20,000 nucleotides of DNA. Origin: an uncultured virus (IMG/VR IMGVR_UViG_3300000553_000028) (lineage: Duplodnaviria > Heunggongvirae > Uroviricota > Caudoviricetes). Numbering within the stretch: position 1 is the stretch's first letter; every line of letters begins with the position of its first letter. The stretch lies in the IMG/VR virus record IMGVR_UViG_3300000553_000028; one strand, written 5' to 3'. Made by a program: the position numbers and the translations under genes. Shown here piece by piece: positions 9,401 through 17,716 of the stretch. The notes under the pieces were generated by a model. The model saw nothing but the letters and a program-made list of their open reading frames with translations, was not told the DNA's origin and searched no databases.

Positions 9401-10742
9401 AAAACAGTTGGGTATTAAGTTTACTCCAGAACAAAAGAAAGGATTGATTAAAAGATGGGCAGATGGTGATAAAACATTTGGTGTAAAGAATTTTGATAAA
9501 CCTAAGCAACAACAATGGTTTAGAGATTTTGATGCAAATAAATTACAAGGTGCACAAAAACAAATGATTAAGCCGGTTGAGAGTGTATTCTTAAATGCAG
9601 GAGCTCAAACATTAAAAAGAGTAACAAACTTTTTAGCATCAAACAATCCAGGTGCAGCAGATGAGTTAAGAAAAGAAACTATAAAATCTATAAAAGGTAT
9701 TAAAGATAGTAAAGATGTTGATAAGATTGCAAAATTACAAACTGAATTAGAACGATTACATAATATCGGTATGGACAATGTTGTTCCATCAGAAGGTATT
9801 GTATTTCAGTATAAAGGTAAACCATATAAATTTACAGGAGCATTTGCACCTATAAATCAAATCAATGGTTCATTTAAGTTTGATAAACCTAAGAAGGGTG
9901 ATGTTAAAAAAGATGATAGTGTTGCAGAAATACCAAAGGTTAGTAAGAAAGAAGTAGCAATATTCACTGGTAGATTCCAACCATTTCACGCCGGTCATTA
10001 TAGTATTTACAAAGCATTAGTTGATAAGTTTGGTAAAGATAATGTTTATATAGCATCATCAAACGTACAAGATCCTATTAGGTCTCCATTCCCATTCAAA
10101 GATAAAAAGCAAATAATGCATACTATGTTTGATATACCTACTAATAAAATAGTTCAGGTTAAAAATCCATATGCACCGAATGAAATATTAGATAAATTAC
10201 CAAAAGATACTCCATATGTAACTGCTGTTTCTCAAAAAGATGCAGAAAGATTAGAGCAAGGGGGTAAATATTTTAAGAATTATGATAAAGTTGCAGCAGA
10301 TAAAAGAAAAGGATATGAGGACGAGGGGTATTATATAGTAGCTCCTGAAATGCAATTGAAAGTAAATGGTAAAAATATAAGTGGAACTCAGTTAAGAGCA
10401 ACATTTGGTGATCCTAAAATGAGTTTAGCAGATAAGAAAAAAATATTTACACAAGTTTATCCTAAATTTGATAAGGATATATTTGCTAGAATTGTAGTAA
10501 CAACTAAAAATGCAGAGAAAGCTAAAGGTGGAGAATCAAAACCAAAACCAACGGAACCACAAAAATCCAAAGTAAATACGGATATTAAGAACAATAAAAA
10601 GGTTGAAAAGGTATTACAACAAAAGATTAAAAATCCAGAAACTGGTAGAATGATTTTAGTTAAAACTGCTTTGGGATATGATAAATCTGTTAAGGTTAGA
10701 AAGAATGCAATGCAATTAGTAAAAAATGCAATGAGTAAATAA
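6441..10742 (+). CDS. 1433-aa multidomain protein: DUF5661-like motif, NPxTG repeats, KxDG ligase-superfamily domain and HxGH nucleotidyltransferase
   Basis: GIRAEMEYT..LAAEIAKKHLMDDPSYY (6642-6743). EKLDGQN (8793-8813), SLEII and EGIVF..YKF (9792-9833) fit ligase motifs I, III, IV and V. GRFQPFHAGH (9969-9998) and ISGTQLR (10377-10397) fit the cytidylyltransferase-like fold. Confidence 0.85.
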   Translation: MELSKFIVNELLNDINFDVVERLLSEEGMYDIENDQASNPITIKDIAIHWMGTGNTDWRKIAEKVKTQLILGIRAEMEYTNNVRLAAEIAKKHLMDDPSYYDFSTKADNSATQDPHPEIPNENTIKEENPNYDNDSDDLHNIYNTQISDPSTGRKFKIKDALRLDPMDFAHQEAMRMLRVLLAQKHRQTPGNIGKGQQSPETDKPKQVNLSLYAAGYGEGVVKEASSTGSGYDEKVLDQLVDNPETGEKVKVRSALNYDRNHPAYRAAIALVRKANAIQQGKGKVDVGNTPPQTPQNNAPKQPSKQQPPNASEPISVSKRFGNGTQDGSNTQNGTHSTNKTQKPLEKPLSAPNDVDNPVDKKDISHHTVLQPTKGAENGNKAGVGKVASKAVQNPKIIARAIHHNIKKWSREEKEFFVNELHKANSETRRSIGQAINHKIKAIVPAVKKEMSHLGHEFKHAGEGISHLFQGKKLSDKEKHAFKSLAKTVAMSTMGVALGPGLGHGAAALVSHLGTHLAQHMVGELAVGGIGKAALFAGYEQEEDTDKYVEWFILAFAKRMKDGEIPLEVWENAVQDYTNDKEDGKFDKKDDVEPEETNEEVIAEESTSADAMNGTGAWAGLQPGETPWSGVGMDTAPSSFIGTHTLSDISSQSDSANSTTGTEHNATWDEYDHQGYYTDKLPGWQVIGHLSNTLPDEVKNRVLPIFNHAGNENGPAAHTIQKIVAPNLIKYESFERTDKDLLMEGGAAGHLAHPFEDENLTFSDMKFMIGKGLLGGLDSEGPVSEKLDGQNIAFSVRDGKVVFGRNKGHVKDSGKNALDTKGIYNQFKGRGGIEKAFVGASEDLQSAVKKLSPAQIKKMFGNGSKFMSLEIILPDTTNVIPYGKSVLVMHGTIEYNKDGEQIRRSTEDAETFAKAVQKVGADKQKTFGIEGPRTIAFSDEPTKEYLSKYKLYHRQLSDLEKQYGLTDKSKLEDYRRKWWSIELDKQEKQLGIKFTPEQKKGLIKRWADGDKTFGVKNFDKPKQQQWFRDFDANKLQGAQKQMIKPVESVFLNAGAQTLKRVTNFLASNNPGAADELRKETIKSIKGIKDSKDVDKIAKLQTELERLHNIGMDNVVPSEGIVFQYKGKPYKFTGAFAPINQINGSFKFDKPKKGDVKKDDSVAEIPKVSKKEVAIFTGRFQPFHAGHYSIYKALVDKFGKDNVYIASSNVQDPIRSPFPFKDKKQIMHTMFDIPTNKIVQVKNPYAPNEILDKLPKDTPYVTAVSQKDAERLEQGGKYFKNYDKVAADKRKGYEDEGYYIVAPEMQLKVNGKNISGTQLRATFGDPKMSLADKKKIFTQVYPKFDKDIFARIVVTTKNAEKAKGGESKPKPTEPQKSKVNTDIKNNKKVEKVLQQKIKNPETGRMILVKTALGYDKSVKVRKNAMQLVKNAMSK
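6876..6974 (+). repeat. NPxTG protein module, copy 1
   Basis: QISDPSTGRKFKIKDALRLDPMDFAHQEAMRML. Confidence 0.65.
7155..7256 (+). repeat. NPxTG protein module, copy 2
   Basis: QLVDNPETGEKVKVRSALNYDRNHPAYRAAIALV. Confidence 0.75.
10620..10721 (+). repeat. NPxTG protein module, copy 3
   Basis: QKIKNPETGRMILVKTALGYDKSVKVRKNAMQLV. Confidence 0.75.
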
Positions 10743-10763
10743 TTCGTTAAGATAAAAAAATAT

Positions 10764-10772
10764 ATATTTATA
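10764..10772 (+). promoter_or_regulatory. ATATTTATA motif, putative late promoter (copy 2)
   Basis: Exact 9-mer, 15 nt before ATG 10788, heading the run of genes that includes the terminase. Confidence 0.65.
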
Positions 10773-10787
10773 TATAAAGTTACAAAT

Positions 10788-11450
10788 ATGATTATAAAGA
10801 GTAAAGGTAATAAAGACAAGAAAACCTGGATACACCCTAGTAGAAAAAAGATATTAGATACTATGAGGGGTATTGATAGTGGAAACGCTACATTGGGGTG
10901 GGAAGCAAAAAAGGTTAAGAGAGAAGTTGGTGATAAATGGACGGATGCAGATGGTAAGGAGTGGGAACAGCATGATGGATTTGTAATGCGTGTTACTCAA
11001 TATGATGAAGCTAGAGCATATTTAGATGAACTTAACACTTGTAAATCAAAAGAGTGTAAAACATTTAAATTAACTGCAGCACATAAAAAAATAATCAAAA
11101 AGACTGGTTATTGTATAAATTGTTTAGTGGAAAGAGAAGCAAAGATGAGAGAAGCAGGTTTATATCAAAACTATGAATTTTGGAAAATAAACTCAAATAC
11201 ATTAGGACAAATACAAGATGACCTAAAAAGATTTGAACAAGCAAGAAAAGATGCAGACACAGTTCCTACTTTTGTAAATGCAGATGGTAGTATTGAAAAG
11301 TGGAGTATTGATGGTGACATTGATAAAGTGAAAGCAGATTTAGATTCAGATATAGAGGGTCTAAAAGAATTAATAATAAAATTCCAAGCCGCAGTAGATG
11401 AGGATTGGGATATAATAAAGGAGAAATACAATGAAATTTTCAACGATTAA
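10788..11450 (+). CDS. Hypothetical protein with putative Zn-binding cysteines
   Basis: KREVGDKWTDADGKEWEQ beta-rich motif, CKSKEC...GYCINC and a helical C-terminus. Overlaps the next gene. Confidence 0.8.
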   Translation: MIIKSKGNKDKKTWIHPSRKKILDTMRGIDSGNATLGWEAKKVKREVGDKWTDADGKEWEQHDGFVMRVTQYDEARAYLDELNTCKSKECKTFKLTAAHKKIIKKTGYCINCLVEREAKMREAGLYQNYEFWKINSNTLGQIQDDLKRFEQARKDADTVPTFVNADGSIEKWSIDGDIDKVKADLDSDIEGLKELIIKFQAAVDEDWDIIKEKYNEIFND

Positions 11451-12072
11451 GAACATACTTTTAGTTGCATTTATTGCATTTTTTATCTACCAATTAAAAG
11501 GTGGTAAATTAGGAATAGGTAAAACTATGGTGGTGGATGGCAAGGCATACGAAGTTATCAAAGAAATTCACGATACAACCGAAGTAGAAAAAATAAAAAC
11601 ACTTTGGAAAAAAGGTAAAGATATTGTTCACACAACTATCTTACATGATACAACAATTAAATTAGCAAATATAGATACTAATGCAATATTACATGATTAT
11701 TTTGCTAAAAACATATACAAAGATACTTTAAGATTACCTGATAGTTTAGGATTTGTAACATTAACAGATACAATATCTAAGAACGCAATTCAGGGTAGAA
11801 CATTTACTGCAAAAGTTAAACAAAGAATTATCAATAATACTACAATTGTAAAAGAATTACCTAAAACAAAAGTATTCTATGGTATTGAAGGTGGATTTAA
11901 CAAAGCAGATGTAGTATCTCATTTAGGTTTAGGTGTGTTAATTAATACAAAATCGGACAAAATATACAATTTAGGAATTGGTGTAGCTAATAGAACAACG
12001 GACGGAACAAATGGTAAATTATCAGCTTATATCAATGGTGGTGTATATTGGAAGATTAGATTAAGAAAATAA
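11431..12072 (+). CDS. Membrane-anchored protein with C-terminal amphipathic beta-strands (possible lysis/spanin-like)
   Basis: N-terminal K-rich plus hydrophobic stretch (ILLVAFIAFFIYQL), several DT-x motifs, and terminal strands ending YINGGVYWKIRLRK. AAGGAG at 11418-11423. Confidence 0.7.
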   Translation: MKFSTIKNILLVAFIAFFIYQLKGGKLGIGKTMVVDGKAYEVIKEIHDTTEVEKIKTLWKKGKDIVHTTILHDTTIKLANIDTNAILHDYFAKNIYKDTLRLPDSLGFVTLTDTISKNAIQGRTFTAKVKQRIINNTTIVKELPKTKVFYGIEGGFNKADVVSHLGLGVLINTKSDKIYNLGIGVANRTTDGTNGKLSAYINGGVYWKIRLRK

Positions 12073-13667
12073 TGAGTACTCCACAAAAATCCTTAAAGGA
12101 TGTAATAAAGGAACAATATCAGAAGTGTGCATCCGATCCGGTATACTTCATGAAAAAGTATTGTAAAATCCAACATCCAATGAGAGGAAAAATTCCATTT
12201 GAATTATATCCTTTCCAAGAAGATGCGTTAACGGATTTCGCAACACATAGATACAACATTGTATTAAAATCTCGTCAGTTAGGTATCTCAACATTAGTAG
12301 CAGGTTATTCTTTATGGAAAATGATATTCCAAGAGGATTTCAACGTTCTTATTATTGCGAACAAACAAGATGTAGCAAAGAACTTAGTATTAAAAGTTAG
12401 AACGATGAATCAACTTCTACCTGTATGGTTAAGAGTTGCAGAATCGGAAGATAACAAACTTTCCCTTCGTTTAAAAAATGGTTCTCAAATCAAAGCGGTA
12501 TCTTCAAAACCTGACTCTGGTCGTTCTGAAGCCTTATCACTATTGGTATTCGATGAGGCCGCGTTCATTGATTATATTGATGAAATATGGACTGGTACTC
12601 AGTTAACACTTGCAACCGGTGGTGACTGTATTGCACTTTCTACTCCAAATGGTGTGGGTAACTGGTTTCACAGAATGTGGGTTGGTGCAGAAAATGGACA
12701 AAACCTTTTCAATCCAATCAAACTACACTGGACAGTTCACCCTGATAGAGAACAAAGTTGGAGAGATGAACAAACTAAACAATTAGGTGAAAAACAAGCA
12801 GCACAAGAGTGTGATTGTGACTTTATTAGTTCTGGTGATAATGTAATTGATGGTGAATTATTACAATGGTATACCAATAATTATGTGATTGAACCAACAT
12901 CTAAAGGTGGGTTTGATGGTAACTATTGGAAATGGAGAGAAGCAGATTATAGTAGAACATATGTAGTAACAGCTGACGTAAGTAGAGGTGATGGTGCCGA
13001 TTATAGTGCATTCCATGTTATCGATGCCGAAAGTTGTGAACAAGTTGCAGAATATAAAGGTAAGATAGAACCTACTGATTTTGGTAATTTCTTAATTTCA
13101 GTAGCAACCGAATACAATGATGCATTACTTATTGTAGATAATGCAAACATTGGTTGGGCAACTATTCAACAGATATTAGATAGAGATTATAAGAATTTAT
13201 TTTGGAGTAATAAAGATGTTCAGTATGTAGATGCTGATACACAATGGACTAACAAATGGTATAGAGAACAAAAACAAATGATACCAGGGTTTACCATTTC
13301 ATCGAAAACTCGTCCTATGATTGTTTCTAAGATAGACCAATATATGAAAGATAAATCCCTTATAATACACTCTAAGAGAACGATAGATGAGTTATTTACT
13401 TTCGTTTGGGTAAATGGTAGAGCAGAAGCAGCAAGGGGTTATAATGATGACTTAACAATGAGTATGGGTATTGGTTTATGGGTTAGAGATACTGCATTAA
13501 GATTGAGAAATGAAAGAGGCCAAATGTCTTATAGCACATTAAACGGATTTACTAGAACTGAATATGATCAGACTGGTGTTTATAGTTCTCGTGATTTCCA
13601 AGAAGATCCATATAAAATGCCACTTAACAAAGATGATTTTGAAGATTTGAGGTGGCTTATTAGATAA
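12072..13667 (+). CDS. terL: Terminase large subunit (T4 gp17-like)
   Basis: LYPFQ adenine-binding motif, Walker A region LKSRQLGIST, Walker B LLVFDEAAF, coupling motif LSTPNG, RNase H-like nuclease VVTADVSRGDGADYSAF and DDLTMS. Confidence 0.96.
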   Translation: MSTPQKSLKDVIKEQYQKCASDPVYFMKKYCKIQHPMRGKIPFELYPFQEDALTDFATHRYNIVLKSRQLGISTLVAGYSLWKMIFQEDFNVLIIANKQDVAKNLVLKVRTMNQLLPVWLRVAESEDNKLSLRLKNGSQIKAVSSKPDSGRSEALSLLVFDEAAFIDYIDEIWTGTQLTLATGGDCIALSTPNGVGNWFHRMWVGAENGQNLFNPIKLHWTVHPDREQSWRDEQTKQLGEKQAAQECDCDFISSGDNVIDGELLQWYTNNYVIEPTSKGGFDGNYWKWREADYSRTYVVTADVSRGDGADYSAFHVIDAESCEQVAEYKGKIEPTDFGNFLISVATEYNDALLIVDNANIGWATIQQILDRDYKNLFWSNKDVQYVDADTQWTNKWYREQKQMIPGFTISSKTRPMIVSKIDQYMKDKSLIIHSKRTIDELFTFVWVNGRAEAARGYNDDLTMSMGIGLWVRDTALRLRNERGQMSYSTLNGFTRTEYDQTGVYSSRDFQEDPYKMPLNKDDFEDLRWLIR

Positions 13668-13671
13668 TCTA

Positions 13672-13680
13672 ATATTTATA
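13672..13680 (+). promoter_or_regulatory. ATATTTATA motif, putative late promoter (copy 3)
   Basis: Exact 9-mer, 25 nt before ATG 13706. Confidence 0.65.
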
Positions 13681-13705
13681 TATTATACAAATATAGTAAA
13701 ATAAT

Positions 13706-14212
13706 ATGAAGAAAAGTTTTTTATATGAATTTTTTGGTTTATCTTCAACAAAGAAAACACATACATTTGAAAGTGGTGTTAAATTTGAATTGGGTAAAAT
13801 ATATTCTGACCCTTATGCAATGGCATTTGGTAAAATAAAAGAAGAAGTTGAGGATGATGATATTGATGAGTATGATGTGGATAGTGAATATCAGGATGAA
13901 TTAGAAGATTTCTTATCTTTCTTAAAAACAAAAATGAAAGAAAAAGAAGCGTATAATGAATCTTTAAACGAAGCAGAATATCAAGGTAAATCTGTAACTC
14001 TTAACAAACCAATGCAAGGTGATGTTAAAAAGTTTAAAGTTTATGTAAAGAATCCAGCAGGTAGAGTTGTTAAAGTAAACTTTGGCCAAAAAGGAATGGT
14101 GATTAAGAAAAATAATCCAGAGAGAAGAAAATCATTTAGAGCAAGAATGCATTGTGATACTAATCCTGGTCCAAGAACCAAAGCAAACTATTGGTCTTGT
14201 AAAAAATGGTAA
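13706..14212 (+). CDS. Hypothetical phage protein: acidic N-terminal half and basic Cys/His C-terminal domain (DUF6321-like, from memory)
   Basis: LNE|AEYQG followed by KKFKVYVKNP..VKVNFG..NPERRKSFRARMHC..KANYWSCKKW, a domain I recall from T4-like aquatic phages. Confidence 0.75.
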   Translation: MKKSFLYEFFGLSSTKKTHTFESGVKFELGKIYSDPYAMAFGKIKEEVEDDDIDEYDVDSEYQDELEDFLSFLKTKMKEKEAYNESLNEAEYQGKSVTLNKPMQGDVKKFKVYVKNPAGRVVKVNFGQKGMVIKKNNPERRKSFRARMHCDTNPGPRTKANYWSCKKW

Positions 14213-14221
14213 TAAAAAAAT

Positions 14222-16150
14222 ATGGCAGATAATTCATTTTACGGCAGGTTAAAGAAGCTCTTTTCTACTTCGGTAATCGTAAGAAACCAAGGTGGTAGAT
14301 TAAAAGTAATTGACTTTGATGAAACACAAGCAATTGCAACAAATCTAAGAGATAGATATATGAGATTACACTCATCGGCTATGAACAATACCTTTGAGAA
14401 CTATTTAGCATATCAACAAATTAGACAAGAGTTATTTAGAGATTATGATGCAATGGATCAAGATCCAATTATATCAGCGGCTTTAGATATATTTGCAGAT
14501 GAATCAACTTCTAAAAATGAGTATGGTAGAGTTATTGAAATAAAAACGAATAACGATCATATTAAAGATATTTTAACCAATTTGTTCTACGATATTGTAA
14601 ATGTAGAATTTAATATGTGGCCTTGGGTTAGAAGTTTAGTTAAATATGGAGATTTCTTTTTACACTTAGAAATTGCAGAAAACTTAGGAGTAGTGGGTGT
14701 ACAACCTCTTTCAGTATATGAAATTACAAGAGTAGAAGGATACGATCCAAATAACTGGCAGGCTGTTAAATTTGTTCATACTCCGTTAGCAACTAAATCA
14801 TTATTCATAGCAGGTCAAAAAACCGAATATGAAAACTATGAGATTGCTCACTTCCGTTTATTATCTGATACAAACTTCCTACCTTATGGTAAATCGCTTT
14901 TAGAGGGAGCAAGAAGATTGTGGAAACAAATTCAATTAATGGAAGATGCAATGATTATCCATAGAATTGTAAGAGCTCCACAAAAAAGAATATTTAAAAT
15001 TGATGTGGGTGGTATTAACCCAAATGAAGTTGATAACTATATGCAAAAAATTATCAACAAATCTAAGAAAACTCCATACATAGACCAACAAAGTGGTGAA
15101 TATAATCAAAAATATAATATTCAAAACCTAATGGAAGATTTCTATTTACCAGTTAGAGGTAATGATAGTGGAACTGAAATTACAAACTTAGATGGTTTGG
15201 AATACGCTCCAATGGAAGATATTGATTATTTAAAAAATAAAATGTTTGCAGCATTAAAGATACCTAAACAACATTTAGGTTATTTAGAAGATGGTAATTC
15301 AAAAGCTACTTTAGCTGCAATGGATATGAGATTTGCAAAAACTATTGAAAGATTCCAAAGAATAATTGTAGATGGTTTAGAAAAAATTGCAATCGCACAT
15401 TTATATGCACAAGGAGTTGATGATAGTGAATTAACAAACTTTGAATTACAATTAACCCTACCATCTTTAATTTACGAACAAGAAAAAATTAATCTTTGGA
15501 CAATGAAAATGGAATTGGTACAAAAGATGGACCAATTAAAAGTAATTTCTAAAGAATGGATATACAAAAATATACTTAATTTCAGTTACGAAGAAGCCGA
15601 ATTACAAATCGAAGGATTGAAAAAAGATGCAATGCTTACTTTCAAACTTAATAATTTAGAACAAACTGGAACCGAAAAACCACAAGACCAACAAGGAATG
15701 TTAGGACAACAACCTGCATTGGGTAGTGATGAAAATGGACAACCAATGGCAACTGATGGTGAAGAACAACCACAAATGGGAGGTGAAGAACAACCAGAAC
15801 AAGGTGGAGAGGAAGCACCTGAAGAACAAGAACCAACACCAAACGGACAACCATTAAATGTTGAAGACCAAATTGCAAAGTTAAAAGCACAATTGGGTGG
15901 TGAAGATGAAGAAAGTGATGATGAAGAACAAAACGAAGCTAAATTAGTAGGCAGACCTAAAGAATATTCAACTAGAGGTAAAGATAAATCTCCATTTGGT
16001 AGAGATGTAACCGGTAGTAAAGACTTAAAGAATCAATATAAAAACGAAAGTTTTATAGATATGTTAAAGAAAAACTTATCTAGAGGTGGTAAAAAGGTAA
16101 TAAGTGAAGGAAAATCTATGTTAGATGAACAAAATATCATAGAAAATTAA
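14222..16150 (+). CDS. Portal protein (T4 gp20-like) with an acidic low-complexity C-terminal extension
   Basis: DPIISAALDIFADE, PYGKSLLEGARRLWKQIQLMEDAMIIHRIVRAPQKRIFKIDVG, EDFYLPVRG..GTEITNL and DIDYLKNKMFAALKIP are gp20-family motifs. Lies downstream of terL. Confidence 0.94.
   Translation: MADNSFYGRLKKLFSTSVIVRNQGGRLKVIDFDETQAIATNLRDRYMRLHSSAMNNTFENYLAYQQIRQELFRDYDAMDQDPIISAALDIFADESTSKNEYGRVIEIKTNNDHIKDILTNLFYDIVNVEFNMWPWVRSLVKYGDFFLHLEIAENLGVVGVQPLSVYEITRVEGYDPNNWQAVKFVHTPLATKSLFIAGQKTEYENYEIAHFRLLSDTNFLPYGKSLLEGARRLWKQIQLMEDAMIIHRIVRAPQKRIFKIDVGGINPNEVDNYMQKIINKSKKTPYIDQQSGEYNQKYNIQNLMEDFYLPVRGNDSGTEITNLDGLEYAPMEDIDYLKNKMFAALKIPKQHLGYLEDGNSKATLAAMDMRFAKTIERFQRIIVDGLEKIAIAHLYAQGVDDSELTNFELQLTLPSLIYEQEKINLWTMKMELVQKMDQLKVISKEWIYKNILNFSYEEAELQIEGLKKDAMLTFKLNNLEQTGTEKPQDQQGMLGQQPALGSDENGQPMATDGEEQPQMGGEEQPEQGGEEAPEEQEPTPNGQPLNVEDQIAKLKAQLGGEDEESDDEEQNEAKLVGRPKEYSTRGKDKSPFGRDVTGSKDLKNQYKNESFIDMLKKNLSRGGKKVISEGKSMLDEQNIIEN
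15758..15796 (+). repeat. Direct repeat GGTGAAGAACAACCA x2 (GEEQP) in the portal tail
   Basis: Copies at 15758-15772 and 15782-15796 (24-nt period), followed by a degenerate GEEAP. Confidence 0.7.
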
Positions 16151-16168
16151 TTCTTATTTTAACACCTT

Positions 16169-16177
16169 ATATTTATA
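16169..16177 (+). promoter_or_regulatory. ATATTTATA motif, putative late promoter (copy 4)
   Basis: Exact 9-mer, 19 nt before ATG 16197. Overlaps the palindrome ATTTATAAAT (16171-16180). Confidence 0.65.
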
Positions 16178-16196
16178 AATGGAATAATGTATATAA

Positions 16197-17072
16197 ATGA
16201 AACAAATTAAACATTCAAAATTTAGAAACACAGGCTTTTTGTTTGAATTGCTAGTGAGACAAGTAACCTCTGATATCCTTAATAATAGAAAGGGTATAGC
16301 AGAAGGATTATTAAAGAAATATTTTAATTCAAAGACTGAGTTGTCTAACGAATTAAAACTTTATCAATTTATTGTTTCAGAAAGATACAATAGTGAAAAC
16401 AGAGCAGAGCGTTTTGTAGATGCAGTAGTAGAAAGTAGAGCTAAATTAGATGAAAAGAAAATCTTAAAAGAGAAGTATAATCTAATTAAAGAAATCAAAG
16501 ATAACTATTCTATCGATGAGTTTCTACGTTCTCAAATACCTAACTATAAAGTATTAGCATCAGTTTATAAGATATTTGAATATAAAACAAATAACGAACA
16601 AAACTACGACCCTAAAGATTATGTGGCTACTAAATTTACATTAGTAGAACATTTAGTAGGTAAAACACAAGTAAAAACAATTACGGAATCTACAATTGCA
16701 ACAGAATTAAAGAAAGAAGATAAAGAAATTCAATTACTTTCTTATAAAATGTTGGTAGATAGCTTTAATAAAAAATATAATAATCTTAACGATAAACAAA
16801 AGGGTTTATTAAAAGAATATATAAATTCATTTACAAATTCAGATAATTTAAAAAATCATGTAATTACCGAAGTTAAATCTTTAACAAAAGAATTTAAAGG
16901 AATTTCTTCTAAAATTAATGATAAAGTTACAAAAATTAAATTAGCAGAAACAATCAACCAATTATCTAAAATTGGTAATTCACAAAAAATAAAAGACAAT
17001 CATATCACATCTTTAATTATGTGTTATGAATTGGAAAAGGAATTAAAAGATGTTCAAAAAGGAATTATCTAA
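16197..17072 (+). CDS. Hypothetical helical protein of the head module (291 aa)
   Basis: Long ORF directly after the portal, starting KHSKFRNTGFLFELLVRQ. Function inferred from position only. Confidence 0.8.
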   Translation: MKQIKHSKFRNTGFLFELLVRQVTSDILNNRKGIAEGLLKKYFNSKTELSNELKLYQFIVSERYNSENRAERFVDAVVESRAKLDEKKILKEKYNLIKEIKDNYSIDEFLRSQIPNYKVLASVYKIFEYKTNNEQNYDPKDYVATKFTLVEHLVGKTQVKTITESTIATELKKEDKEIQLLSYKMLVDSFNKKYNNLNDKQKGLLKEYINSFTNSDNLKNHVITEVKSLTKEFKGISSKINDKVTKIKLAETINQLSKIGNSQKIKDNHITSLIMCYELEKELKDVQKGII

Positions 17073-17715
17073 AGAAGATATAGCTAAATTAAAAGAGACT
17101 ATTAGAACTAAACTTAGAGAGAAAAAAATCGAAGAGGAAAATAGTAGTGCAAATGCAGATGGATATAATACTCCTTTTGCATTTGGTAAAGATACTAAAG
17201 GTGATATTGCACGTAAAGTAAAATCATCTGGTAAAGGATTTGAATTTGCTAAAAGTATAGATGAAAATCGTTGGTTAGAATTAAAAAGAGATGAGACTAG
17301 AACTCCATCTCAAAAAGTATCACATGGTATTAGAGAATTAAAAAACCAATTAGCAGAAATTGAAAAATTTATGGGTTGGTATTCTAAACTTAAAAGTGAA
17401 ACAAATTTAGGTAAAAATGATTTCTTTAAAAGAACTGAAAATAATATCAGAAAAATTAAAGAAAGAATTATAAAAATGGCAAGTACTATTCAAGAAATTG
17501 ATAAGCCAAATGAAGTAACTGAAGACCAGGGTGTAAAACCAAAGAAACCTATGGCTTTAGATAAATATGTAGTTACTGCAACTCCAAAGGGTGCAAGTAA
17601 AGATGCAGATAGAAGAACAATAACTCAACCAGCTCCTAAAAATTCAGCTGAAACACAAGCTAAGAATTTAAAGAAAATGGATAAATATCAAACAGTAAGA
17701 ATTAAAAAGGCATAA
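17050..17715 (+). CDS. Hypothetical protein, putative head-internal/core protein
   Basis: IEE|ENSSANADGYNTPFAF motif, K-rich coiled coil, overlaps the previous gene. Confidence 0.75.
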   Translation: MFKKELSKEDIAKLKETIRTKLREKKIEEENSSANADGYNTPFAFGKDTKGDIARKVKSSGKGFEFAKSIDENRWLELKRDETRTPSQKVSHGIRELKNQLAEIEKFMGWYSKLKSETNLGKNDFFKRTENNIRKIKERIIKMASTIQEIDKPNEVTEDQGVKPKKPMALDKYVVTATPKGASKDADRRTITQPAPKNSAETQAKNLKKMDKYQTVRIKKA

Positions 17716-17716
17716 T

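Noticed and set aside
8793..9833. Calling the KxDG domain a replicative DNA ligase or an mRNA capping enzyme
   Set aside because: No OB-fold domain is evident after motif V, where the HxGH domain follows almost directly. The substrate cannot be assigned from motifs alone.
12072..16150. Intein or intron in the terminase or portal
   Set aside because: Both ORFs are continuous with normally spaced motifs. No intein splice motifs or homing endonuclease signatures were seen.
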